From the NCBI GenBank assembly GCA_030867685.1, contig JAQOWU010000007.1, positions 1 through 64,000 on the forward strand: a DNA stretch of 64,000 nucleotides. Reading direction: 5' to 3'. Position 1 is the first letter of the stretch, and every line of letters begins with the position of its first letter. Source of the DNA: Wickerhamiella versatilis (taxonomy: Eukaryota). Below, in pieces: positions 33,962-45,126 of the stretch. A program made the position numbers and the translations under genes. Below the pieces are notes generated by a model. It had not been told where the DNA came from, did not search any database, and was given only the letters and a program-made list of their open reading frames with translations.

Positions 33962-35527
33962 TTATTCACAGTCTTGTTTCCAAGCATAAGGCGAACTAGC
34001 TCGTAGGAATTTCCCAAATCTGTAGAATATAAAGGGAAACGGAAGTGCGAGAACACTCAGGCAACCAAGAAGTGTGCCTGCCCACTGGACACCCAGGTTG
34101 TGGAACAGTTGAGTGGCAAACAACGGAAATGCGGCTGCCATCCCTGCTCTAACAAATGCCGTAGCTGAATTGGCTGATGCAGCAAATTGAATATATACAT
34201 CAGTGATGTAATTCACGGACTGCAAAAACATTTGGAATATCCCATAAGTGACGAATATTTCTCCTACACAGGGAACAAGCCAATGCACTTGTTTAGGGTA
34301 TGCCCCGGACCAACATAGCCAGAATATTCCTATAGGAAAAGAAACAGCACCAGTCATCATAGGGAGGAGACGCGCTTCTGGGATCGATTTGGATTGGCGC
34401 TTCTTTAGAATCCTTGAAAATCTTCGCTCAAAATATAAGAAGCTTATCGAACCAGCAAAAAGAGTTCCCACAAGCAGGCCTATGTATGGGAGGAATTTAA
34501 TGCCCTTGTGGAAGCCAAGACCAGCTTCTTCATAGCCATCAAAAATTATCGGAACCGCTTCTAGACATAAGTATAGAATGCCATACACGTATCCAACATA
34601 TATTGATATGATAAGAAGTACAGGTTCCGTAAAAAGCATTTTGATTGGTCTTAACACATTATTTTGACAAACAGTTTTGAAATCAAAAGAAACGCTTTCT
34701 TGTTCCGCATGGATTCCCCAAATGCCTGTGTGCTGCCGTAACTCATCAGCTTTTGAAATGAGTAGAATGGGGCGATATGTTTCTTCTGCAGCAAATACAA
34801 ACAAAAGTGCTGCTGCACATGAAGGAATTGCCACGATGTACTGGGTCCAACGCCAACCAAGGTAGCTATACGCTATGAAGGCTCCGACAATCGGACTTAC
34901 CAGTGGGCCTGTAATTGTGGCCATTGTGAAAGCCGTCATCACATTGCCTCTTGTCGAGACAGAAAAAAGGTCAGAAATGGTGGCAGGCAGAATTGATACC
35001 GCACCCGCGCCAAATGATCCACCAAAAAAACGCGAGAGCATAAGTGTTTGTACGTTGGGAGCAGTGGCTGATGCAAAAGAACAGCAAATAAATGCAATCT
35101 GGCTAATTATATATGGTGGTCTACGGCCGTAGACCTCTGAAAGTGGGCCCCAGACTATAGGGCCTAAAGCAAATCCCAGAACAAAAAGGCTCACACCTAA
35201 TGCGGCAGGGGTCACTCCAATATTGAACTCATTTTCAACCATAGGCAATGCTGGGCCATAAATGCTGGACATAAATGCGATTAGAATATTCGGGAATATA
35301 TATACCAGTACCTGCCATACTTTTTTTTGAATATTCCAATTGTAAGGTAAGTATGGGTCAAGAGGGTCCTCAAAATGCACTTCATATTGCTCTTTTGGGG
35401 GAAGCGCTGGTGGGAGAGCTATCTCAATGCCCGCTGAGGCCACCGTTTGCAATTTCTGAATAGGACTGGATTCATTTGTAGTTTTCATGTCGATCACTCG
35501 CGGCAGCGGCTTCTCAGTGCCATCCAT
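33962..35527 (-). CDS. MFS DHA1 multidrug/polyamine transporter (Tpo1/Flr1-like)
   Basis: PYNW..KK, GPIVWGPLSEVYGRRP, GWRW, PEARL and FPLFA; about 12 TM segments. Confidence 0.93.
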   Translation of the reverse strand: MDGTEKPLPRVIDMKTTNESSPIQKLQTVASAGIEIALPPALPPKEQYEVHFEDPLDPYLPYNWNIQKKVWQVLVYIFPNILIAFMSSIYGPALPMVENEFNIGVTPAALGVSLFVLGFALGPIVWGPLSEVYGRRPPYIISQIAFICCSFASATAPNVQTLMLSRFFGGSFGAGAVSILPATISDLFSVSTRGNVMTAFTMATITGPLVSPIVGAFIAYSYLGWRWTQYIVAIPSCAAALLFVFAAEETYRPILLISKADELRQHTGIWGIHAEQESVSFDFKTVCQNNVLRPIKMLFTEPVLLIISIYVGYVYGILYLCLEAVPIIFDGYEEAGLGFHKGIKFLPYIGLLVGTLFAGSISFLYFERRFSRILKKRQSKSIPEARLLPMMTGAVSFPIGIFWLCWSGAYPKQVHWLVPCVGEIFVTYGIFQMFLQSVNYITDVYIQFAASANSATAFVRAGMAAAFPLFATQLFHNLGVQWAGTLLGCLSVLALPFPFIFYRFGKFLRASSPYAWKQDCE

Positions 35528-37117
35528 AATATCTGGTAAGCTACAATAAATTCACTAGTGATGATCACTGTTCAGTGAATCGATCAGTCGGGCTAGAGAA
35601 AGTAGAATTCGTTATATAATGATGTGCGGAGACGATCAGTGCCTCCTCATTTCCTGCTCAAAACTATCTCGATTAGCTACCAAAAAAATAATATATGAAC
35701 ATGGATATGGGTATATACCGATATATCAAAGGGCACTGTGACTTTTGTTTTCTCGGCCAGTACCTCATGAGCCTCCCTCCCTCCCCCCAGGAATCAATAT
35801 TCGATGAGCTCTGGAGAGGATATTGTGCTAATGAGCTAAGAAACTAAGTAGCACATTCTTATGGTATGTAGATGATCTCAGTGGTAGTTTAAAGAAATGA
35901 AATCGGAAAATGTTTTCCGATTTGCCACAAGCTTAAACTCTTCAAGAACCGCATAGAATATCCCACTCCCCTTCGGATCTAGGTAGTGAAATAGAATAAT
36001 TTGTCTGTCAAAATAAAGTGTAAAATCTTACACAAGTATGCTACTATTATTTATCTTCATAGGAACACAATAAATGATGATGATTATCTTGGGTTTGACA
36101 TGGACTCAATACCATGGACTCGTACCCAGAATTTCAAGAAAATATTGAATCGTTCTCCCTACTCTATGGAAAACAGAGTCTCGACTTCCGGGTATCAATT
36201 TCTCATTGTTCCAACCTGATGGAGACTGAATTAGAGACCGTAAAAGCTGCTTCGAATTGAAAATATGTACCGAATCAACGGAAATATCTTTATTTGAGAG
36301 GGTATCCCGATTATCTCTACCAGCAACTGCGCCACTAGCCTCCGAGGGTCCATTGGCCTGCTCCCGAAAAGACCTCAACACGTATCCAGGCCTACTACCC
36401 GGAATTGCAGAATCTTCGCGACCAGGCATATTCCACAATATAATTTTCAGATCTTTGCGGAAATACAAGCTTTCCACGGTAAATCTTTTGGTCATATATA
36501 TGTATACATTACAATAGATAACCTAGCCCTCCTCTCGGATGCTCTGCGGTCTGCACTCAGACAGCAACCCTTATATTAGCCCTAGCATTTATCCAATTAC
36601 CAAGAATTATGCCCGAATAGGGGTTAAATGGAAGTCAACCACCTCTGTCGCGCGATTGATGTTCATCTATCGGCGACTTCCGAGCTAGTACCTTGAACCC
36701 TAGGTAAACTTAGATAAAAAACCGATTTTAGGTAACCGTTAACGTTGAACGCGAAAGACAAAAGCGGTGGGTATGATAGTTGCAAATAAATAATTAATTT
36801 CCTCAACACTATTTAAATTCCCTTTCAGCTTCTTGCGGGATGATATGAGCTCTTGTAATACAACATCCGCAACATGTGTACCCACACTCTCGGTATTAGG
36901 CTGAACTAATATGCGCTGATCCGATAAAAAATACAGAAATGGAATCCTCGGAAAACACAATATCCTCTTGTTTACCCTGCAAATGCTTTTCCATAGTGTT
37001 GCTCCTGTCCTAAATATATAAGGATCTTAGCCTAAGCTTGGTAACGATGCCCGTCGATAGGAATTCGGCTCAGTTCAACGGGCGCTTCTTTAGGATAGGG
37101 GTATTACTGAAGCTATA

Positions 37118-37663
37118 ATGATAACAAACCGCATACACCAGACCTCTAATGGAATAGTCCAAAAAGCAATCCACGAAAATATTTGTTCCGGCGGTGATCT
37201 TCTTGTCATTAATGAAGTAGACCCTACGAGTGCGCCAGCTCAAAAATGCCTGGATGCTTACTATGAGGAGATAAACTGTCGACTTAACGGTCAATATAAT
37301 GTGAATCTTTCGCGAGTACCGGCTAATGAAGATATGCAGAGCCCCCGCGGTATGTTTCTAGTAGCAACTATTAGTGGCTTGTCAGTTGGATGTGCCGGCC
37401 TTAGCGGTACAGATAAGGGCTACGCGGAGGTAAAAAGAGTCTGGGTTTCCCCCCAGTTCCGAAGGTGTCGCATCTGTAGCATGATGTTACAGTGTCTAGA
37501 ACTTTCTGCCCGCAGATTGGGTTACAAGCTGCTGAGACTAGATACGAATAGCGTCTTGCATGAAGCAATCGCGCTCTATTCTAGATTTGGGTGGCACCAA
37601 ATCGAAAGATTCAACGAGGATCCTTATCCTGATCATTTCTTCGAAAAGCCCTTGGACCAGTGA
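37118..37663 (+). CDS. GNAT family N-acetyltransferase (bacterial type)
   Basis: AEVKRVWVSPQFR, LRLDTNSVLHEAIALY and IERFNEDPYPDHFFEKPL. Confidence 0.88.
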   Translation: MITNRIHQTSNGIVQKAIHENICSGGDLLVINEVDPTSAPAQKCLDAYYEEINCRLNGQYNVNLSRVPANEDMQSPRGMFLVATISGLSVGCAGLSGTDKGYAEVKRVWVSPQFRRCRICSMMLQCLELSARRLGYKLLRLDTNSVLHEAIALYSRFGWHQIERFNEDPYPDHFFEKPLDQ

Positions 37664-38273
37664 GCTTCTGTGTGAAAATTCATCAAGTAGTTGACGTGAG
37701 CTGCTACAACTTAGAGTTGACCAACAATGTCGGGTGTTATTTAGAAGAGTTTCTCACTATAACTCTTGGACGAGTTGAGCCATTTAAAGTATAGATCCAT
37801 TCCTACTTGAGGTAGTCTTAGAAGCCCTATAAGTTGCATTTTCGAATTTTATTTTTAGTAAAGTGTTCTATATGATGACGTTTCCCATAGGAGTGCAGAT
37901 AAATTAAAAACTGCAGCATTGTGTGGTCCGCATAACACACCGGGAAAGTAGTTAGGTCAAGAAAAATGAAAGATAGGAAAGTCTATTTGGGTAGATTAAG
38001 CTGTCAATTAGAGCGAAAAGTACTTCTAGCAGTGGTATACTGTACTTAGAAGAAGTTAAGCTATATGGAATGAAAATATGGTATGGTCAGATTCAAGGGA
38101 GCACCATATCCAGATGACCCTCCTCAGTGTACTGGTCCATATAAGGACGTGGAAAACATGTATCAAGTTAATAGCACTGATATTACATATAGCACAGTGA
38201 ATTACCATGACAATGAGGACATCGCTACTCCCATTATTTCATCCATATACTCTAGTTGCAGTGAACTACAAAG

Positions 38274-39629
38274 AAATGCGCAATATAATGTGAAATCAAG
38301 GCAAAAGAGTAATTTATGTTGCACTATCCACCAGTAGTACCTGAGACTGGTTCATTTGCGTAGTCAACCCTGGGTTAGCTCTTCGTCAGAAAGTGTTGGT
38401 TTAGCAGCAAACTGCTGTTCAGATTCAACCAGTCATTCCAATCGTATGATCCTTTACCCTACCGAAGCACCTCTTACTCGTCGGGAAATATTTATTGGAG
38501 CATCCCAGTCAAGAAACTCATCTGTCTTTATTGGTCGACGGATTAAAATTGGCTTAATAGCTGGTTCTTAAGTATGAGCGAGCCATCCTGCAATGAAATC
38601 AGCCACTATAGGCATAACTCGCACGACTAGGCCTACATGAACTTGTCACATCAAACGATTTGCGGAAAGGGGCTTCCATAGTAGACGCATGGAATTATAA
38701 TACCCGCTAATATTTCTTGAGTCAAGCCAGGGTAAACCTACTTATACAACTTTCTTAACCAGTATTAGGCAGCATTAAAGCTTGCCATCTCAGATGGTCG
38801 ACAATGTCGGAGGTTGAAAATTCAGATGCCGGAAAAAAATAGCCTATGGTCTCGCATGGACAAAAGAAAAAGATTCTGATTATTTATATTTTTTTCCCAT
38901 GTATTTTAGATTTTTTTAGCGATGTTATACCCTCACCTCGCTGACAAACACTCACGTGAAATTCTCTTTAACGTGATTCACTACAACCGTTATTAAACAG
39001 TTTAAAATAGAAAATCTATGGGTCTAGTCACTGCTTTACGTGCTACTATGAAATTACCTGGTCCTCAGGCTTCAATTAAGCGCCAATAACAGAGTTCATT
39101 ATTTTCAGTTTAGGACGGAGGGTTATGCATAATTGGGTAATCTATCCGGTAGATAGCACGTCGCATAAATGGTGGGTATTTTCCTGCCATGTAGGTATAA
39201 CTAAGATAAACCATGATCGCACAATACTACTTCCTACTCGAAAACAACCAGAAGTACTCTCCATCTAATCAATGTGTCTTTAGCAGCGTGATGTCGCCTT
39301 CATGGTCCGGCAGCTCAAACATGTCGAAGCACTCAAAAAAGTTGATTTCTAAAATTAAGGATCATTTTTCCTGAATCAGCTACAGTGATAAACGGTAGAA
39401 CTCATTCAGAATGGTATTTTCCTGTATCTTCACCCCCAACGCGAAGTGCCCCATTACGTCTATATAGTAGAACCCACGGACTCATCCCAGGGGGAGGAAG
39501 TGTTGGCCGAGATAGAATTGATAGATGTACCGGGATCTACTTGCAGATAACAGCAAAAAAATGCGCAATATAATGTGACATCAACGTAGACTAAGAGTAA
39601 TTTATCTTGCATTGTCCACCAGTAGTACC
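38274..39629 (+). repeat. Pair of ~70-bp direct repeats (38274-38341; 39559-39629), each containing a 41-bp-unit fragment; first copy abuts an inverted fragment (38338-38352)
   Basis: AAATGCGCAATATAATGTGA.ATCAA...AAGAGTAATTTAT.TTGCA.T.TCCACCAGTAGTACC at both sites. Confidence 0.85.
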
Positions 39630-39650
39630 CTGGGGTTTAGGACAATGATA

Positions 39651-41642
39651 TTAAATTATCGTACATTGATCATTTTCGTAAGTAAATTGCTCTTGATCTA
39701 ATAGCAATTCACCGAAATTACTTACCGGAGGAAGTTCGGTATTGCTTGAACTCTGTAGCTGAGAAATAATGTTCATTAGAACTTCCCAGATTTTTGTTTC
39801 CGGGACTAAAGTGTTCATTGTTGGCCAAGTAGTATGGTATTTGAAATTGCTCAAATTCGCTTGTAGGTATAAAATTTCCGCATCATTTGATTCGTCGTGG
39901 GGATAGCGAAGTTGCTTATACAGCAGCGTGCACAGGGCAGTGGTGATATTCACATTGGTAAGATTTGTGCATAGTCCCTTGCGGTCATGCAACATTAATG
40001 CAAACTCAAAAATGGCCCTTCCAGCTTCGGTTATCTTTTCCAAAGATCTAGGCACCGTCTTTGGTAAAAACTGCGGATTGAAAGCACCAATTGAATGTAC
40101 CGCTATGATGGTATGATAATACTTATTTTGCAAATCTCCCGCTCGGCATTGCCTGAGGATCACGGAAAGATTAGGATTTTCATTAACAGAAAGGTTCCAT
40201 ATATGTGCAGGCACTTTATTGCGCCACTCAGTCAGCTCCCGATCCATTGAAATTATCTCCTCGTAAACCTTGTCAGGATCACAATTCTGTAGAAAAAGAG
40301 AGAAAAAAGTATGTCTAGCCCTGTGATACAAGCCATTTACAGTCCAAGAATAACGAAGATACTCGTACTCAGGGCGGTTAGCGAATTCTTCGCCCAGGGG
40401 TTCGACAGTTGCATAGTCAAGCAGTGGCTTCAAGTACAAATTGGCACATATAGAGTACTGAAAATCCACAGCAATTTTCCAAACAATATGCCTCCACTCC
40501 GCTTCACTTTTCGTCAGACTTCTATCACTGATAGCGTGATCTATTCCAAGCACCCTCGCCATATCTAGCATAGGTCTCATGAACGAAAGAAGCGAGGGAA
40601 TTGACGAAAACATGCGAAGGAGCCAAAAAAGTAACATCGAAACCCTTAGCTGAAGAAAGGAAGGTTTAGAGAAGTGGATTGAATTTAGGGTACGAATCGC
40701 TTGGAAATAAGCAGAACTTACCTGAGTCATCACAAAATCTTCAGAGAACTGTTCGAAATCTGATCCAAAGTACATAGAAAGCCCACCAAAAATCAAAGCT
40801 GCCGCATGAATCCCATCGCGAATAGAATTGTGCAACTCAGGTTGCTTTTTCGGGTCTAAATCCGTAATTGTCAGAAGCCGTAATTTGAACGTATATTTCG
40901 TAGAGAAATATATGTCAAGCGATCGCTCAAGCAAAGCGGGGTCAGGAAGAAAATCGGTCGAGGATGGAACAAAAGAGGACAGTGAAGAATTGGTTAGTTT
41001 CCATATTTCATACGACACTTCCTCTAGTTTCTTGCTGAAGTAAGGATCTGCCAGTCTAAAGGATAGTTTTTCGATATCTGTTGGGCTTAAGATAGAGAAA
41101 AACGCATTAGAAATATAAATAGTACAGTCCCTACTTTCACCCCCAACGCAAGCTTTTATTCGCGCCAATCTGTCATTGAAGGTCGGAACTGGTCCTGTGT
41201 CCCTCCTTGGCTTCAGAGAATATTGCTGTAAACGCTGATGCGTTGACGTCACGCTCTCGCCACTAACCTGTGACCTATCATCATCATCTGCCGCATCCGA
41301 ATCTTCGAAAGAGGCAGAACCAGAGTTTTGCTGGATTATTGATTCTAATAAAGCAACTCGGCTCTCTAATGCGGCAATCCGAGAAGGCTTCGGGGCACGT
41401 TGGAGAGCATCTGGCGCTTCGGCATAAACACAAGCTTTGCCTAACCTCAAGCAGGTACCACATGCAGGTTTGACCCCATCACAGCGTGTTTTACGTCTTC
41501 TGCAATTGTTACAGGCAGTTATTACCCGGCTTTCTTTGCGCTTTCTCATTTTACTCATCGCTCGAACTCGTACTACACTAACGGTAAGCTGACAAATATT
41601 ATTTATTCGGCGACGAAATGGTCCGATCCGATAGAAAGGCAT
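39651..41642 (-). CDS. Zn(II)2Cys6 fungal transcription factor
   Basis: ACNNCRRRKTRCDGVKPACGTCLRLGKACVY, coiled coil and fungal TF middle region; alternative start at 41558. Confidence 0.93.
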   Translation of the reverse strand: MPFYRIGPFRRRINNICQLTVSVVRVRAMSKMRKRKESRVITACNNCRRRKTRCDGVKPACGTCLRLGKACVYAEAPDALQRAPKPSRIAALESRVALLESIIQQNSGSASFEDSDAADDDDRSQVSGESVTSTHQRLQQYSLKPRRDTGPVPTFNDRLARIKACVGGESRDCTIYISNAFFSILSPTDIEKLSFRLADPYFSKKLEEVSYEIWKLTNSSLSSFVPSSTDFLPDPALLERSLDIYFSTKYTFKLRLLTITDLDPKKQPELHNSIRDGIHAAALIFGGLSMYFGSDFEQFSEDFVMTQVSSAYFQAIRTLNSIHFSKPSFLQLRVSMLLFWLLRMFSSIPSLLSFMRPMLDMARVLGIDHAISDRSLTKSEAEWRHIVWKIAVDFQYSICANLYLKPLLDYATVEPLGEEFANRPEYEYLRYSWTVNGLYHRARHTFFSLFLQNCDPDKVYEEIISMDRELTEWRNKVPAHIWNLSVNENPNLSVILRQCRAGDLQNKYYHTIIAVHSIGAFNPQFLPKTVPRSLEKITEAGRAIFEFALMLHDRKGLCTNLTNVNITTALCTLLYKQLRYPHDESNDAEILYLQANLSNFKYHTTWPTMNTLVPETKIWEVLMNIISQLQSSSNTELPPVSNFGELLLDQEQFTYENDQCTII

Positions 41643-41841
41643 TCACTCGGTTTCCAAACATGTTCTGATTGGCATTATATTTCCCTAAATCGTTTGACTA
41701 TATTTCTACTCGTCCCCTTCATTTATCTAACGAGCCGCTAATATCGGACTGAATGAATTAGATCCGATCCGATCAGCGATCTTAAAACGAGTGAGAATCA
41801 CCTCGCTGATTTCAAAGATTCTGCAAAATAAAATAACCAGC

Positions 41842-43344
41842 ATGTCTGGCTTGACGTACGATTCTCTCGGTCCAGGAGAGCCTTTGCCACCTATTCCAGG
41901 CAAAGAAGCTTCATACGACGTTAAATTTATAGAAAACGATGAAGAAAATCCCAAGAATTGGAGCACTACAGAAGTGAACTTCACAATAGTTCTTGCTGCA
42001 GCTATCGTTTTTTTATCCACATGGGGCTCGTCAGTGGTAGCACCTGCCATCGTTGAAATTACCAAAGAGTTCCAGGTCGGCTTTGTTGTCGCCACTTTAT
42101 GCATTTCACTGTACGTAGTTGGATATGCGGTTGGGCCTGTCCTTTGGGGACCGGCCAGTGAGCATTATGGCCGTCGTCCTATTCTTCTTGTAGGTGTTTT
42201 TGGATTCACCGTGTTCAGCTTTGCATCCGCAACAGCAAAGGATTTTCAGACATTGGTGATCACTCGATTCTTTACAGGTGCTTTCGGCTCTTCGCCACTT
42301 TCCGTATCTCCATCTATGGGTGTGGACTGTTTAAATCAGAATAAACTTGGCGCAGCCATGGGTATTGTCATTAGTATGGTAATCACGGGTGCATTGATAT
42401 CGCCTGTGGTCGCCAGTTATATCACGACATCATATCTCGGGTGGCGCTGGACAGAATATATTACAGGGATTATGGGATCGTTTGTCCTTGTGATTTCTTT
42501 ATTTTTTTTGAAGGAAACTTATCCACCGCGGATTCTAGCTGCTAGAGCAGAGGTTATTCGCAAAGAAACAGGAAATTGGGCTATCGCAGCGCCAATAGAA
42601 CGCATTGGCATGGACTTTCGTGGAATTGTTCGAAATTTAATGTTAACACCCATGATTATGTTGGCAGTCGAACCTATTCTTCTCCTGGTAAGCCTGCATC
42701 TCGGATTTATATATGGAATACTCTACCTCTGTCTGGATGCAGTACCTATTATCTTCGAGACATATGGCTGGCCCCAGGAGAATCTGTTTCTACCGTACTT
42801 AGGAATGGTCGTTGGAGATGTATTAGTAGTGATGTGCCACCTGTTATACTTCGAGAAACGGTATAATAGGCTAGTGGCCAAGAGTGGAAAGCCTTTCCTT
42901 CCAGAGGAGCGCCTTCAGCTGATGATTCTCTCAAGTATTTTATTTCCCATAGGCATTTTTTTGATGTGCTGGGCAGGAGCCTATCAGGTACATTGGATTG
43001 TTCCCACAATAGGACTTTCCATTATAGGATTCGGGCTGACTGGAATATTCATTTCTGCATTCACTTATATTGTGAGTTGTTATTTAACATTATCTGCATC
43101 AGCGATAGCAGCAAATACTTTCGTGCGTTCGAGTTTCGGATGTTCATTCCCCCTCTTCGCACGTGCTTTGTTCCATAATTTAGGGACCCAATGGGCAGGA
43201 ACTCTGCTCGGCTGTTTAGCTGCTTTACTAGCTGTGGCTCCCATACTCTTCTATTGGCTTGGGGCAGAATTGCGGACAAAATCAAAGTTTGCAATCAACC
43301 TAGAAAGCCTTCAAGGAAAGTCAGTGCGCCATGAAAAGACATAG
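41842..43344 (+). CDS. MFS DHA1 multidrug/polyamine transporter
   Basis: ENPKNWS, GPVLWGPASEHYGRRP, GWRW, PEERL and FPLFA; first ATG at 41842. Confidence 0.93.
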   Translation: MSGLTYDSLGPGEPLPPIPGKEASYDVKFIENDEENPKNWSTTEVNFTIVLAAAIVFLSTWGSSVVAPAIVEITKEFQVGFVVATLCISLYVVGYAVGPVLWGPASEHYGRRPILLVGVFGFTVFSFASATAKDFQTLVITRFFTGAFGSSPLSVSPSMGVDCLNQNKLGAAMGIVISMVITGALISPVVASYITTSYLGWRWTEYITGIMGSFVLVISLFFLKETYPPRILAARAEVIRKETGNWAIAAPIERIGMDFRGIVRNLMLTPMIMLAVEPILLLVSLHLGFIYGILYLCLDAVPIIFETYGWPQENLFLPYLGMVVGDVLVVMCHLLYFEKRYNRLVAKSGKPFLPEERLQLMILSSILFPIGIFLMCWAGAYQVHWIVPTIGLSIIGFGLTGIFISAFTYIVSCYLTLSASAIAANTFVRSSFGCSFPLFARALFHNLGTQWAGTLLGCLAALLAVAPILFYWLGAELRTKSKFAINLESLQGKSVRHEKT

Positions 43345-43848
43345 TAATTGGAAAGTCACGAGTATAATAATAATAGTAATTTTAATAGTATAAAAAATAT
43401 GAATCTCGATATCGCCGAGCACAAAGAATTAGACTATACTATCTTGCACCTTTTAACATAGGAGCGGCAGACAGATAACGTGTCTGATCCATCCATGTAG
43501 AGCCTGACACTGAAGAATTCGACGCTATCTTTAGCCTGAAGGTCCTAAATTAGCCTGCTCTGCTTGTCCGTGCTCTAACATAATAAGTAAAGCCCAGGTC
43601 CCTCCGTCCTTGCTTAGATTCTAAGCAAACTCAGATATCTATTCACAACTTTTTTCAGAGTTTCTGACGAGGAAGCTCCACCTGAAAAGAAAAGATTAAC
43701 CTGAATATTGGCTCATCTCTATAAATTGCTGCTTATCACTCTTACTAAGATAGTAGATCGGATACTTCGTTATATAATCAGGCACCATATATAACTATTT
43801 AAGAATATATAAATCTGTAAGACTAGCAAGTCACATTGATTGCAAACC

Positions 43849-44490
43849 ATAGGACTGCTTTTGAACAAAGCTGCACTTGTAACTGGCGCAAGTGAAGACA
43901 TTGGTTTAACCACGACCAAGTGCATAGTGGAATAAGGTGCTACCTGAGTTTTCATAACTTGCCGGCGATCGGAAAAATTGGAGAAAGCTGCACCCAACAT
44001 AGGCGAAATTACCGCAGATCCGTCTGACGCCACTGATCTTGATGATGATTTCAAAGTTGTCCAAGAAAAGCACGGAAGGTTAGATGACATCTTTGTGAAT
44101 GCTGGAGTTGCAGCTATGGCTCCGCTGTAACTGAAGACTCCATCAGCAAAATGTAGTCTATCAATTTAAAAGGCGTAGTTGTAACGATTAAGAATGCCCT
44201 CAAACTGCTAGTGGATGGGGGATCAGCAATCATTAACGCATCCACGGGTGGGACTTCTGTCGTGGAGGGCGAATCAATATACGCCTCTATTACTGCTGTG
44301 GTTCACTTGGCTAGAGATTAGTATCTTGATCTAAAGTCGAGAAGAACTCGTATTAATACCGTGAGGCCGGGTCCACGAGGATACTATAAAACATATAGCG
44401 GATAGGGTTTCCCTTGGGCGCCCTGCCAGACCCGATGAAATAGCGAGTGCTATCAACGGCATTGATTTCAGGACTGACAGCAGAATGGAA
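43849..44490 (+). pseudogene. Degraded short-chain dehydrogenase/reductase (bacterial type)
   Basis: Reads (ATA)GLLLNKAALVTGASEDIGL..VE*GAT*VFITCRR..HGRLDDIFVNAGV..*; later GGSAIINAS, RINTVRPGP and PLGRPARPDEIA; several stops and frameshifts. Confidence 0.85.
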
Positions 44491-45126
44491 GAGGGGGTTT
44501 ATGGACCAACATACTTATCACCTTTATGTTTTCTATTTAGATTTTAGCAGAACCGACACATGAAGAGGTTGTATTTAACGGTTGTTTCATATATGTGATA
44601 TTTATTAGGCTATGAAATCTGGGCCATCATCTATATACTCTCGTTCAGAGTAGTACTGTATGGCTTACGGACTTGGTAAGTGCTCGAATACAATGTAATG
44701 TATGTACTTCGACTTTATCATTGCATTCACAAAGAAACCAGCATAAATCTTATTTTCCCCTCCTTATGCTGGTTGGACATAATAATTCATTTACCATGAT
44801 TTCATGTTAATCATGTGTAAGTATCCAATCAGGTAGTGAAGTAGAAACTTTGATCAATAGAAATACTGTCTGTTCTAAACGTATCTTCAGTTATTGCATT
44901 AAGTTTCTGTTGTCAATCGCGATTTTGAGGTTTATTCCTTTATTTATTTATACACGTATAGCTAGTCTGTGTGCTGTTTGTATTCGATAGACTCATGCTT
45001 AAATGCTGAAGCGTTAGAAGACTAATATTGGATGAATATTTTGAACAGAGACATTGGCTTCTTTTTAGATACGGCTGTTGTCCGTACTTTAATAAAGCTG
45101 CTTGGGACTAAGGACTATCGCGTGAA

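Noticed and set aside
36106-38337. ORFs 36106-36495 and 38083-38337 as genes
   Set aside because: Protein-like in places but short and without identifiable motifs.
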